Assembly (NCBI RefSeq): GCF_036321535.1
Contig: NC_087436.1
Location: 31,312,001 to 31,376,000, forward strand
DNA from: Camelus dromedarius
Taxonomy: Eukaryota
DNA: 64,000 bases
Reading direction: 5' to 3'
Below the pieces are notes generated by a model. It had not been told where the DNA came from. It made no database searches and was given only the letters and a program-made list of their open reading frames with translations. Position numbers and translations under genes: made by a program. Below, in pieces: positions 63,860 through 64,000 of the stretch (position 1 is its first letter; each line of letters begins with the position of its first letter).

Positions 63860-64000
63860 TCTCACAGTGGGGCAGAATACAGGCTTTGGATTCAGACAAA
63901 CATGAGTTTGAATCCAGGCTGTGTGCCATTAGAAAAGTTACCTAGCCTCCCTGAACCTCAGTCTTTCACCTGTAAAACTGGGGCAGATAATGCCTTTCAA
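63860..64000 (+). mobile_element. MIR SINE (runs off the window)
   Basis: ggctttggattcagac...gagtttgaatccaggct...ctgaacctcagtctttcacctgtaaaactgggg. Confidence 0.85.

Overview
AT-rich mammalian genomic DNA, most likely camelid (Camelus/Vicugna/Lama): there is a vic-1-type tRNA-derived SINE at ~50.9 kb and L1 3' ends of camelid type. I find no supportable protein-coding gene, rRNA, functional tRNA or CRISPR array. The only ORFs with recognisable homology are decayed L1 ORF2 pieces and a fossil CR1/L3 reverse-transcriptase fragment. The window reads as intergenic or deep-intronic, and a large fraction is interspersed repeat (L1, L2, L3/CR1, MIR, MaLR/ERV LTRs, hAT MITEs), often nested. Repeat family names come from recalled consensus sequences, not a database search, and old-repeat boundaries are approximate. 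Most notable: (1) a two-template local insertion at 6636-7094 (inverted copy of 8014-8276 joined to a direct copy of 8699-8861), plus an older third copy of the same donor, both inside one LTR33; (2) a candidate minus-strand exon at 63199-63464 rich in short hairpins and holding an inverted pair of C/EBP-ATF4 elements; (3) a strong CTCF motif beside a 35-nt poly(A) tract; (4) a MaLR provirus remnant with both LTRs; (5) several unclassified insertions. None of this is strong evidence of a new biological system.
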